DNA of 64,000 nucleotides from Thermococcus sp. JdFR-02 (GTDB lineage Archaea; Methanobacteriota_B; Thermococci; Thermococcales; Thermococcaceae): NCBI GenBank assembly GCA_002009975.1, contig MTLP01000036.1, positions 13,563 to 77,562 of the forward strand, read 5' to 3'. Shown piece by piece: positions 19,384 to 28,905 of this stretch (position 1 is its first letter; each line of letters starts with the position of its first letter). The notes under the pieces were generated by a model. It saw only the letters and a program-made list of their open reading frames with translations, ran no database searches and was not told where the DNA came from. The position numbers and the translations under genes were made by a program.

Positions 19384-20520
19384 TTATGGAATTCCGACAT
19401 ATCTGTATTTTGTTATTGTCTTTGTATAGTGATCATCAGGCCACAACTGGTTATCTTTCTTAAATTTCCATGTAAACTGTTCTTTGTAGTATACACCCGT
19501 CACATCTGGATGAACCTTCCACAGAACTCCCGGTTCTGCAGTATAGGTGCTAATTGAGGGTAACCCTCCATTGATTTTGTGTGTAAATTTAATCCAATCT
19601 GATGTTCTGCTTAATACTACAGACGCTGTAACGTCTGGTATATCATAACTCCAGCTTAAAGTTCCTGCTGGAGGTACTGAAAATGATACTGAAACAGTGC
19701 CACCAGTTACAGTAGTGTGTGGTTCATATTTCTTAATTTCAAAAACATCATCATAAATTGTGTGATCTGCTGAATATGAATTGAATTTAATATAAGTTAT
19801 GAACTCCTCATTTTTCCAACTATTTGACCAATATGCTTCTCCTGGAGTGCTTTCATGTGTAAATTTATATGAGAGATACTGATATCCATCGCTACCAATG
19901 GCTCTTTTTATTAGAACATTATAATAAATTTCTCCATAAGGATACAGTAGCTTGGTGTACTCATATTCTGTGACTCTACTCCAACCTGAAGAAGCTATTG
20001 AATAAAAATTTATTTTCCTATATTTGTACTCTTTGAGTTTATTTGTAGTTTTTAATAACACCCAATTATTAATGTTCCCTTTATCAGCGGAGATAACACT
20101 GACGTGCAAACTGTTTCCTTCTCTCCATACAATTACTTCTTGGAAAGTGTCTTTTTCAGAAGTTGAAAGTGGAACTGAGAACCCAAATCCCAGTTCTTTT
20201 GCCCTTATGCTAACCATGGAATACAGTTCTTTTTTGCTGAGTTTTTTCGGATTTTTTCCTAACAAGATTGTGTAAAGTGTATTTTCTGCATTTTTTCCAA
20301 TTATGATAACAGGATATCCAGATTTAATCTTATTTAAAATTAGGGTTTTTTGTTCAATAGAATTTTCACTTTGGATTATCAGCGCTTTAGTTTCATGAAT
20401 TATGGGCAATGCATAAATGTCAGGCATTACTTCTTTAGTTGTTCCTGTTTGAGCATTTGCAACTCCAGCTGTCGCTCCAATTATCAACAGTCCAACTAAA
20501 AAAGTTAGCAATCTCTTCAT
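19384..20520 (-). CDS. Secreted two-domain protein; C-terminal domain resembles the alpha-haemolysin/leukocidin beta-pore-forming fold
   Basis: Signal peptide ending ANA; IKKYEP..amphipathic hairpin..SWSYDIPDV..EPG motif order; GGAGGTG RBS. The ORF is secure, the fold call is inference. Confidence 0.7.
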   Translation of the reverse strand: MKRLLTFLVGLLIIGATAGVANAQTGTTKEVMPDIYALPIIHETKALIIQSENSIEQKTLILNKIKSGYPVIIIGKNAENTLYTILLGKNPKKLSKKELYSMVSIRAKELGFGFSVPLSTSEKDTFQEVIVWREGNSLHVSVISADKGNINNWVLLKTTNKLKEYKYRKINFYSIASSGWSRVTEYEYTKLLYPYGEIYYNVLIKRAIGSDGYQYLSYKFTHESTPGEAYWSNSWKNEEFITYIKFNSYSADHTIYDDVFEIKKYEPHTTVTGGTVSVSFSVPPAGTLSWSYDIPDVTASVVLSRTSDWIKFTHKINGGLPSISTYTAEPGVLWKVHPDVTGVYYKEQFTWKFKKDNQLWPDDHYTKTITKYRYVGIP

Positions 20521-20754
20521 GTCTGCACCTCCACTAAATTCTTACGTAATGAATAATGTTCTGCTATTTATAAATTTTTTCTTTTGTTAGTACTATTATA
20601 TAACGATTTTTTTTCGTAAAGAATTTTTTCAGAATTATAACTTTACTAACTCCTTCAGCCAAAAGAAAGCAGAGTAAAAGAGCGAACATAATAGTACATA
20701 AGTAGTTCTGCAAAACTAAAACAAAATATAATTAATAAGAATACCTCGTATTCC

Positions 20755-22986
20755 TCATAGATTTTTTGACTTTTTTAGCTTAATCACTTGCTTAGCAAAC
20801 TCTTCTAAAACCTCTTTTCTCTTTCCTTGGAAGAACTTTATTGAGCCTGCATAACTATGCCCTCCACCCTCAATTCCAGCTTCTGGTAGCTTCTCCTGGA
20901 GTTTCTGGATTATCTCATTCAAATTGAACTTGTATTTTGCCATTCCTTCGCTTGCTCTAACTACTGCAAAATCTGGACCATAAGCTAATGTTAAAATTGG
21001 ACTCTCTTCACCGTATTTTTCTTTAAAGTGATCATGGATTAGACCGCTAAGCTTTCCTGGTGCCGGATACTCAAACTTTGGAGCATAAAGCTCAATGTCA
21101 ATTGTGTTAAATCTTATGCCGTTTGGGAGAACTACGCTCTTAACATGAGGTAATGAAGCCTTTAATGCTTTTTCCTGCTTTGCTTTAACCTCCGGGTAAA
21201 TGCCGTTAATTAATTTCCTATGCCTCTCGAGGGAAGCTCCAAGCAGTAAAATGTCTTCAATGATACCTTTTCCATCCATGAACTTCCAATAATAGGCTTC
21301 ATGATCAACAACTTCAGCGATTTTCTTTAAATCTTCCTCATCTAAGCCTTTACTTTGCTTTGCAATCTTCTTATATTGCTCAAACTCTGGAGCTTTGCTT
21401 CTATCACCAGTTCCAGCAATCGCTGGTAAATGCTTAATCCTATCCTCAACTTTAGGATAGATAAACCTTGCAAGCTCAGTTGCAATCATTCCAGCCGTAA
21501 GTTCGTAGTAACCATGCCTTACTAAATGCGGATTTACATGAACATCAACGTACTCATCAACAGCCGCTTTTCCATCCTCAATGAATGTTCTCGGGTCATG
21601 GTGGTCTATAACCACAATTGGGACTCCATAAGACTTCAAACGCCTATATGCCGGTATATCCTCGTCCGTACCACCATTATCAACTATGACAACTAAAGGT
21701 AATTCTTCACCAAACTTCATTGAATCTTCAATTGCAAAAATTATATCTTTCAAAACATCTTCAAGTTCATAGAAAGGTGCTTTGGATGGTCTTCTCTTAA
21801 ATAAGTGCCATTCAGCTTCTGGATCTGGTGAGACTTCTTTCAAAAGCGGGATTATTGCATATTCTAAAGCCAACCCAGCTGAATAACCATCACAATCTGC
21901 ATGGTGTCTTAAAATTATAGGTCTACCCTCAAAAATAGCTCTTCTAATCATGAATGCAGCTTTCATAATCTTTGGCTTTAGTTTTTCTAAAACATCACTC
22001 TTAACTAAAAAGCCAACATCTTCAGGTTGAGCTTTCCTATTTAGCTCTTCTTCAATTTTCTTCTTTACTTCTGCTGCATCTGGTCCAAATAAGCGTGACA
22101 TGTCGCTGATTTCAATTTGTATCTTGCCCGCATGGAATGAAACTTTGCCAATTATCTCCACTATATCTCCAACCATAATAGTTGGATACGCCCTAACTCC
22201 AGGAGCTTCAAAAGCAGCAGCCCAAGTTATTCCAGTTCCATCACTTATTGTAAAGACCGTTGGACCACCAGTAACTTGTATTTGAGTTATTTTACCCCTA
22301 ATTCTAACAGTTTTACCCGCTAAACTTTCACTCAACTCACCAATCTCTGTAACAGGTAACTCTTTTCTAACAACAACTTCTTTATAGCGTCTTAAAGCTG
22401 ATTCTATAAAGTCAATTTCCTTTTTTTCCGGTCTAACATCTAAAACCTGAACTAAAATAGTGTCACCAACTTTGTACTCTTTTCCACCAAGAAGATCTTT
22501 TTTCTTAATTAGTCCAGTTACATGAGGATTTAGCTTTACAAAGATACCAAAACGCTCTACTCTGTCAATGGTGCCTTTATAAACCTTGCCTATTTCAACG
22601 TCTTCATAATCACAAGTTTTGTCAAGGATGTACACAACCTTGAATTTCCTCTCACACTCTGGGCACACCCAAGTTGTATCCATCCCCGGCTCCCATGGTT
22701 CCTTAACTCTTCCACAAATATCACAAGCTAAAACTCTCCCAGTTCCTCCACAAGTTGGGCAAGCATCATAAACTGGAACAACACCTTTTCCATGACACTC
22801 TGGACAAGGAATTTCATCAACTTCTTCATCAACTCCAAAATAATCCAAATTCTTGTACCCCTTTAAGTGCTTATCAAGCTTAAAATCAGCTGGAACATAG
22901 CCCCAACCATCACAAACTTTACACTCTTCCTCACCAACTTTTACTTTCCCACTTCCATGACACTCTGGACAATCTTTGACTACCAT
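20755..22986 (-). CDS. han: RecJ-like DHH nuclease with DnaJ-type Zn finger, S1 and OB domains (HAN, Hef-associated nuclease)
   Basis: Repeated CxxCxGxG, S1 (VERFGIFV), HHADCDG, VDNG, IDHH, GGGH. Confidence 0.88.
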   Translation of the reverse strand: MVVKDCPECHGSGKVKVGEEECKVCDGWGYVPADFKLDKHLKGYKNLDYFGVDEEVDEIPCPECHGKGVVPVYDACPTCGGTGRVLACDICGRVKEPWEPGMDTTWVCPECERKFKVVYILDKTCDYEDVEIGKVYKGTIDRVERFGIFVKLNPHVTGLIKKKDLLGGKEYKVGDTILVQVLDVRPEKKEIDFIESALRRYKEVVVRKELPVTEIGELSESLAGKTVRIRGKITQIQVTGGPTVFTISDGTGITWAAAFEAPGVRAYPTIMVGDIVEIIGKVSFHAGKIQIEISDMSRLFGPDAAEVKKKIEEELNRKAQPEDVGFLVKSDVLEKLKPKIMKAAFMIRRAIFEGRPIILRHHADCDGYSAGLALEYAIIPLLKEVSPDPEAEWHLFKRRPSKAPFYELEDVLKDIIFAIEDSMKFGEELPLVVIVDNGGTDEDIPAYRRLKSYGVPIVVIDHHDPRTFIEDGKAAVDEYVDVHVNPHLVRHGYYELTAGMIATELARFIYPKVEDRIKHLPAIAGTGDRSKAPEFEQYKKIAKQSKGLDEEDLKKIAEVVDHEAYYWKFMDGKGIIEDILLLGASLERHRKLINGIYPEVKAKQEKALKASLPHVKSVVLPNGIRFNTIDIELYAPKFEYPAPGKLSGLIHDHFKEKYGEESPILTLAYGPDFAVVRASEGMAKYKFNLNEIIQKLQEKLPEAGIEGGGHSYAGSIKFFQGKRKEVLEEFAKQVIKLKKSKNL

Positions 22987-23053
22987 TTTCTCTCACCTCT
23001 AAACAATAAAAGAACAGCCTTTTTAAAATGATAACGCTCATCCCCTTATAACC

Positions 23054-24226
23054 TTAACCTCTCTCATATTTTCTAAAGAAAAACCAAAAACTAAGCATTG
23101 AAAGAGCGTAGAGCGTTCCAGTAATGAAAAAGGGCATACTTAAGGAGTACTCAAAAATTTGACCACCTATATAGTTTCCAACTCCGAAAGTTACGGTCCA
23201 AGCAAAGCTCCTTAGAGCTATTGCCGTTGCCCTCTCCTCACTCTTAAAGAACCCGAGCATAAATGAATCCCAAAGGGGATTCACAATATTCATTAAGATT
23301 GTTCTAATTGTGTAAATCAAAGCAGCAATTGAAAAGGATGGTGAGAATGGCAAAGTTATAATTAATCCAGTTGCAGTGCCGTTAAACCCAACGATAGTTT
23401 TAACACTTCCATATCTCTCGGCAAAAATTGGCATGGAGAACATTCCAACACCCATAACCAATTGTTGGATTGCAAACAAACTTCCAATGCTTGCCAAACT
23501 TGTTCCAAAGCGGACATTAAAGTAAAGCTGCATATAGGGAATTGTAACACCAGCGCCAAGACCAATAAGAGCTGAAGGAACTGAGAATTTTAATATCTTA
23601 ATTAGCGTACCTCTTTCAAGCTTTAACCTTTTGCTAATCTTCTCTTCCTTTACTACCCTTACAAGCGAGAGAATAAAAATTTGAGCTGAAATTCCAATTA
23701 GGGCAATTAACATCGTTTTACGATAGGGATTAGCACTATCCACTAAATCAGGCAATATTCCAGCAAAAAACATTCCTAAGGCTCCACCTATGGTTCCGAC
23801 TGCAAAGCTTAGGCTGAATATATAATCCCTCTTCTCATCACTAACTTCCTCACTAAGCAGAGCCGATAGGGAAGGCCATCCTAAGGCTGATGAGAATCCT
23901 AGAATTGCAGATGCTATCATAAATAGCTCAAATTCAATTGTAGAAACTTGAATAGCTCTACTTAAAAATACCAAGAATGTTGATAGGAGGAGGGCTTTTT
24001 TGTGACCAATTCTATCACTTACTCTTCCAGAAATTAGCAAGAGAAGAGCATTAAAGAAAGTTTCTGTTGAAAAAAGCTTTCCTAAGTCACTAAATCCATA
24101 TCCAAGAGATCTGAGATAGAAAGGGAATATAAAGCTAATTATACTATTGACTAACCAGCTTGTGAAAGAAAATATTACTAAAAGCTTCGCATCTCTGCTG
24201 AATCCTTTATATTTCTCTAAGCCCAT
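23054..24226 (-). CDS. MFS transporter
   Basis: GRVSDRIGHK motif A, about 12 TM; paralog of the upstream gene. Confidence 0.9.
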   Translation of the reverse strand: MGLEKYKGFSRDAKLLVIFSFTSWLVNSIISFIFPFYLRSLGYGFSDLGKLFSTETFFNALLLLISGRVSDRIGHKKALLLSTFLVFLSRAIQVSTIEFELFMIASAILGFSSALGWPSLSALLSEEVSDEKRDYIFSLSFAVGTIGGALGMFFAGILPDLVDSANPYRKTMLIALIGISAQIFILSLVRVVKEEKISKRLKLERGTLIKILKFSVPSALIGLGAGVTIPYMQLYFNVRFGTSLASIGSLFAIQQLVMGVGMFSMPIFAERYGSVKTIVGFNGTATGLIITLPFSPSFSIAALIYTIRTILMNIVNPLWDSFMLGFFKSEERATAIALRSFAWTVTFGVGNYIGGQIFEYSLSMPFFITGTLYALSMLSFWFFFRKYERG

Positions 24227-24270
24227 GTTCAGGAATCTTACAAGTTCCGTTTATAAGCCTGTCGAAATGT

Positions 24271-25449
24271 TTAGACCTTGTTATACTTAGCAAAGAAGAA
24301 CCAGAATGTTAATGTTGCTATGGTATAGAGCATGGCGGTTGCATAAAATGGATAACTTAAAGAGATTCCAAATAGAAAACCTCCAATATAATTACCAAAA
24401 CCTCTCATAAAAGTGCTAAAAGCTCTTCTAATGCCAACAGCAGTTGCTTTTTCTTCCGTCGAGAAAAAACCAAGCATAAAAGAATCGTTTATTGGCCATA
24501 CAATATTCATTAGAATGCTTCTCACAATGTAAACTCCTGCTGCAATTAAGAAAATCTCAATAGAGGGGAATATGGCAAAAAGCAAGGCTGCAGATGTCTG
24601 AAAGAGCGTTATAGTTTTCACAGCCCCAATTCTTTCAACAAGCTTAGGCAATACGAAAGACCCTAAGCCCATAACAATTTGCTGAGCAAAGAAAACACCG
24701 CTTATTTTAGCTAAAGTAACTCCAAAACGCATGTCAAAGTAGAGCTGCATGTAGGGAATTGTAATTCCCGCTCCTAGTCCTATAATTGCCGATGGAATTG
24801 AGAACTTTAGGATTTTAATAATCAACTCCCTTCTCCACCTTATCTTTGGATTTTCAACTGGAACATCCTTAATTATCAAAAGGGCTGGAATTGTGAAAAT
24901 AAACTGAAGAAAAGAAAATGCCAAAACCAATCTGTAGGCTAATTGATTCGTTATCCCAAAAGTCGTTTCCAAAAAGTTTGGCATAAATCCTGCTAATAAA
25001 ACACCCAAAGCATTGAACATAGTCCCCAAACCAAAGCTTATTGAAAAAGCATGGTGTCTAAGCCTATCTTCAACTTCTTCACTTAAGAGAGCTGAAAAGT
25101 TTGGCTGCCTTATTCCCATGTTAACTCCAACCAAAAAGAAGCCAAAGGCTAGTAGGTAATAATTAAAAGCCATAACTTGGAGTATCCTCCCTAAAAAACC
25201 CAATAATGCCCCTAAAAGCAGGGATTTTTTATAACCAATCTTTAGAGAAATCTGTCCAGCTAAAAGGAAGAAAACTCCTCCAACAAAAGTTCTAAGTGAG
25301 AAAAAAGCCCCCATATCTGCCATAGAATAGCCCAATGCCCTTAAATAGAAGGGCATGATAAAGAATGAGAACTGCAAAAATAGCTGCCCAATTGCATTTA
25401 GTGCGATTAAGATTTTGGCATCTCTGTTGAACTCCTCAAACTTGAGCAT
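24271..25449 (-). CDS. MFS transporter
   Basis: About 12 TM; shares KILKFS.PSA.IGLGAG.TIPYMQLYF with 23054-24226. Confidence 0.9.
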   Translation of the reverse strand: MLKFEEFNRDAKILIALNAIGQLFLQFSFFIMPFYLRALGYSMADMGAFFSLRTFVGGVFFLLAGQISLKIGYKKSLLLGALLGFLGRILQVMAFNYYLLAFGFFLVGVNMGIRQPNFSALLSEEVEDRLRHHAFSISFGLGTMFNALGVLLAGFMPNFLETTFGITNQLAYRLVLAFSFLQFIFTIPALLIIKDVPVENPKIRWRRELIIKILKFSIPSAIIGLGAGITIPYMQLYFDMRFGVTLAKISGVFFAQQIVMGLGSFVLPKLVERIGAVKTITLFQTSAALLFAIFPSIEIFLIAAGVYIVRSILMNIVWPINDSFMLGFFSTEEKATAVGIRRAFSTFMRGFGNYIGGFLFGISLSYPFYATAMLYTIATLTFWFFFAKYNKV

Positions 25450-25652
25450 GGTTAAACTTAATATCATAGCGCTTATAAGATTATCGAAATGAACACACCG
25501 TCAAAATTCGAACCACAAAGTTTATTAATATTAGTAAAAAAGATTACTTGGGGTTAAAATCACAAAAGGGATGTTAATCGGGCTCAAATAAGTGAGCTTG
25601 AATAAGCTTTTTCTTTCTAAATGTCTAAAATATATCCCATTAGGGTGGGATT

Positions 25653-26240
25653 ATGTATAGCAAAAACTCCAAAATTATAAAGATTGAAGCAGCTTTTGGA
25701 TATTTTTTGACAATAAGTATATTAGTAACTTTAACCGTTTCTATCAGCTTAAATCCATGGTTTTCTTTTCATAAAAATGCTTTAAGTGATCTCGGCTCAC
25801 TTAATGTCCCAAACAATTACATCTTCAATTTTGGACTAATTCTTACAGGTTTAGCAGGTTTAATATTTTCCTTTGCAGTAATCGAGTATTTTAAGCCATT
25901 CAAACTTTATCTGCTTCCTTTGGCTATGATTTGCCTTTCTATGGTTGGCATATTTCCAGAAGAGTACAACTTTCCCCATTCAGTATCAGCAGTTTTATTT
26001 TATCTTTTCTCCCTAATTTCAATAGGGCAAGCTGGAGTATTTCTAAAAAAGAAAGGTGATGTTAAAATAGGCAATTTTAGCATCATAGGTTCAATAGCAA
26101 CATTTCTTGCAATGATCGTACCCAAATGGGGAGGATTAGCTATACCAGAACTCATAGGGGCAGGATTCATAGTTCTCTGGACACTCATAATTGCCACCAA
26201 AATTTTAAAAGAGATAGAAAAAGCTAAAGCTGGTTCATGA
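25653..26240 (+). CDS. DUF998-family membrane protein
   Basis: PWFSFHKNALSDLG, FNFGLI, VGIFPE, LAIPE. Confidence 0.8.
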   Translation: MYSKNSKIIKIEAAFGYFLTISILVTLTVSISLNPWFSFHKNALSDLGSLNVPNNYIFNFGLILTGLAGLIFSFAVIEYFKPFKLYLLPLAMICLSMVGIFPEEYNFPHSVSAVLFYLFSLISIGQAGVFLKKKGDVKIGNFSIIGSIATFLAMIVPKWGGLAIPELIGAGFIVLWTLIIATKILKEIEKAKAGS

Positions 26241-27690
26241 ATTCTTCAATTGCTTTTCTTGTTAATGTGTAATCCTTCCCAGCTAGGATTATAACCTTGT
26301 ATGCAGGATTGTTTGGATTTTCAAGGATTTTGACGACGTAACCCTTGCTCATTACTTCCTCCTTAAGAGCCTCTATCATGCTGCTTCCATAAACCTGCTC
26401 CAAGAGTTTCCAAGCTTTATTGCTAACCCATCCTCCAACTATGATGACATGCTTGTTGTTTGGCAGAGATATGAGCTCCGTATCCTCTATAATGAGATCA
26501 TTTACATCATCGATTACTTCTGCCTTTGTAGTTTGAACTATCACCTTCTTTTTGACCGTTTCACTCTTAACAAATGTATATCCCTCAACTCCGGTGATCT
26601 TACCTTCATCATCCTTTGTGAAACTTGCCGTTAGTTTCAATTTATCAATTGGAAGTTCAAGAACATCATCTTCTCCCAAAGTCACTTTTGGAAAGTCATT
26701 CTCTGGATCCACATGTAAATATAAGGTGAAGAGAGAATCCTCTGGATCTATGTCCCAAACCCATTGACCATCAAAGACATCTCCATCCCTGTACTCCTTT
26801 GTCTTCTCAAAGTATTCATAGGTATAGCTAACTTGCTTAGTCCCCCCAATACCAACGAAAAAGTCGGTAGGTGTAAATACGAATATCTTTTTAGCACCAG
26901 CTTTCTGAAGATCCAGTATTCTGCTTTCAGGATATGAATCATAGGTTTCTACATCTTCATCGTTTTCAGCATCAATGTAAAATACATAATATTTGCCCTT
27001 CTCAAAGACCTTTGTGAGTGGAAGACCACTTGGGAATAGGACATCTGTTAAGGTCTTCTTTTGCTCTGTGTCAATATCCATAAACTTTATTTTCCACCCA
27101 TTTACAGATAGCGTTTCTCCTAAGGTTTTAGATTCCTCAAGCACCTTCTTGTATGAGTATATGTACAGGGTATCCTTGCTATCAACGACCGTTGAAACCA
27201 TCTTTGTATCTTCTCCACCTAGGCTCAGAGGAGTTGTGTTTTCATTAAAAATAATCTCAATTGCTCTGTCATTAAATTGAACCTTTTTTATGGTATCGTT
27301 GTAAAACACCTTAGAGAAGTTAAGTGCAATGACGATAACATCTCCAACTGGTGAATCACCGACATTTAGACCAACATCGGGCATATCAATCTTATTTAGC
27401 TTGTAATACTGGTCATTGTCCTCAATTAGAATACTGTGGTATTCAACATCAACGTTTACGTAAGTTGTATAAATTGAAGGCTTTATACCCTTTAAAACCA
27501 ATAAAGCTCCAAGTCTTGATCCACTTATAGCATCTTCCCCAATATGTAAAGGTTGCCCATTGACAATTTTTGTTGTGGGCAACACAATTACTGCATTTGT
27601 TGAGTTTATTGTAAAGCTGAGTCCTTGAACCATCCCTAACACTGCGCTCATGAAAACAAAAATAAGTAAAAATCCAATCTTCCTCTTCAT
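26224..27690 (-). CDS. S-layer-family surface protein
   Basis: Signal peptide; C-terminal HVIIVGGWVSN..VIILAGKD..LTR matches the S-layer C-domain pattern (ILVGGP.VN / VAG.DR..TR). Confidence 0.75.
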   Translation of the reverse strand: MKRKIGFLLIFVFMSAVLGMVQGLSFTINSTNAVIVLPTTKIVNGQPLHIGEDAISGSRLGALLVLKGIKPSIYTTYVNVDVEYHSILIEDNDQYYKLNKIDMPDVGLNVGDSPVGDVIVIALNFSKVFYNDTIKKVQFNDRAIEIIFNENTTPLSLGGEDTKMVSTVVDSKDTLYIYSYKKVLEESKTLGETLSVNGWKIKFMDIDTEQKKTLTDVLFPSGLPLTKVFEKGKYYVFYIDAENDEDVETYDSYPESRILDLQKAGAKKIFVFTPTDFFVGIGGTKQVSYTYEYFEKTKEYRDGDVFDGQWVWDIDPEDSLFTLYLHVDPENDFPKVTLGEDDVLELPIDKLKLTASFTKDDEGKITGVEGYTFVKSETVKKKVIVQTTKAEVIDDVNDLIIEDTELISLPNNKHVIIVGGWVSNKAWKLLEQVYGSSMIEALKEEVMSKGYVVKILENPNNPAYKVIILAGKDYTLTRKAIEEFMNQL

Positions 27691-27802
27691 CAAATTATCA
27701 CCTAGGTTTAATATAATCTCTGAAAGTTTATAATTTTGTCTACTCTCAGAGGTATATTGTCAAGTGACAACTTTTAAATGAGGTTTGCGTAAATTAAAAT
27801 AG

Positions 27803-27852
27803 CGATGATGAGTGAATCCAATGCTGAAGAATGATGAGAGCAAAAACTGAGC
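27803..27852 (+). ncRNA. C/D-box methylation-guide sRNA
   Basis: Box C ATGATGA 27805-11, D' CTGA 27824-27, C' ATGATGA 27831-37, D CTGA 27847-50, intergenic, about 50 nt. Confidence 0.9.
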
Positions 27853-27879
27853 ACTGGTTTAAAGCTTTGGTGAGATAAA

Positions 27880-28896
27880 ATGAAGATTATAACGGGCAAA
27901 AATTATGAGAGTGTTGCATTAAGCTTAGAGACAATTCTCTTTCCAGAATATGGAAAAAATAGGGAAGAACTGAAGAAATTTGTTAAGAATTTGCGAGGAA
28001 ATGAAATCATAGTAACTTCAAGTTTAGAGCTAATTGATCTAATTTTGGAAAGATTTAAGAGAGATGAACATAGCTTTGTCCTTTATTCAGATAGTGGAAA
28101 AAGGTTAAGGTTTAAAGAAGCATATGAATTGAGAAAATATCTCGACTTTGACTTAAGAGGAGCAAAATTCAGAGAGATGAAGAACGTTAGCGTTCTCTTT
28201 TGTGAAGGAAAAACAGACGCTAAGTTCTTTAAAGCCTCTTATAAAAAGCTCTTTGGGTTTAAGGAGAGCAAAAAAATCCCAGAAAACTTGAAGCTTATTG
28301 AAAGATTATTTGAGAGGGATAACTTTGAAATTTTAAGAAAAGAAGACAAATTTTTAGCAATAATACCAAGTGAAGGCAATGCTGGCGTTATTAGAAACGT
28401 AGGGATTTTTCTGAAGGCAATGGATGTTTACGGTTTTACTGTCCAAAAAATTGGCTTAGCTATTGACATTGATGATAGTGAGGAGAGAGTTTTGGAATCA
28501 ATAAAAGGAAAACTTTCCAGTTTTAGATGTAAAGAAGAGGATGGGCTGTTTAAAGTCGGTGAAAGTTTAATAGTTCCTCTTTTAATCGGGGTAAAAATCG
28601 AACTAAGCCCGTGTATAGAATGGGAAAAGCCAACGATTGAAGATTTGATGCTTGAAGTTTTAAATGAAGAAAGAGTATTGAGGAGAATTGACAGAGCTAT
28701 AAATATCTTATACGTTGATCTGAGAAGAAAGCTTAAGCCTAAGGAAGTTATCTATTTAACAATGGCTGCTAAAAGGTTTTGGGGCAACTTGGAAGGCTTT
28801 TATGAAATGATGCTCATGCGTTCAAGAAAAGAGAATTTAGAGAAAGTTCTAATAAGAGCAGGAATCTTAGACAAATTAGAGTTTTTGAGCTATTGA
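27880..28896 (+). CDS. DUF3226-like TOPRIM-domain protein
   Basis: VLFCEGKTDAKFF and IDID TOPRIM acidic motifs. Confidence 0.7.
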   Translation: MKIITGKNYESVALSLETILFPEYGKNREELKKFVKNLRGNEIIVTSSLELIDLILERFKRDEHSFVLYSDSGKRLRFKEAYELRKYLDFDLRGAKFREMKNVSVLFCEGKTDAKFFKASYKKLFGFKESKKIPENLKLIERLFERDNFEILRKEDKFLAIIPSEGNAGVIRNVGIFLKAMDVYGFTVQKIGLAIDIDDSEERVLESIKGKLSSFRCKEEDGLFKVGESLIVPLLIGVKIELSPCIEWEKPTIEDLMLEVLNEERVLRRIDRAINILYVDLRRKLKPKEVIYLTMAAKRFWGNLEGFYEMMLMRSRKENLEKVLIRAGILDKLEFLSY

Positions 28897-28905
28897 GGTG
28901 GGATT

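Noticed and set aside
23054-25449. Tandem paralogous MFS genes
   Set aside because: Well diverged, ordinary ancient duplication
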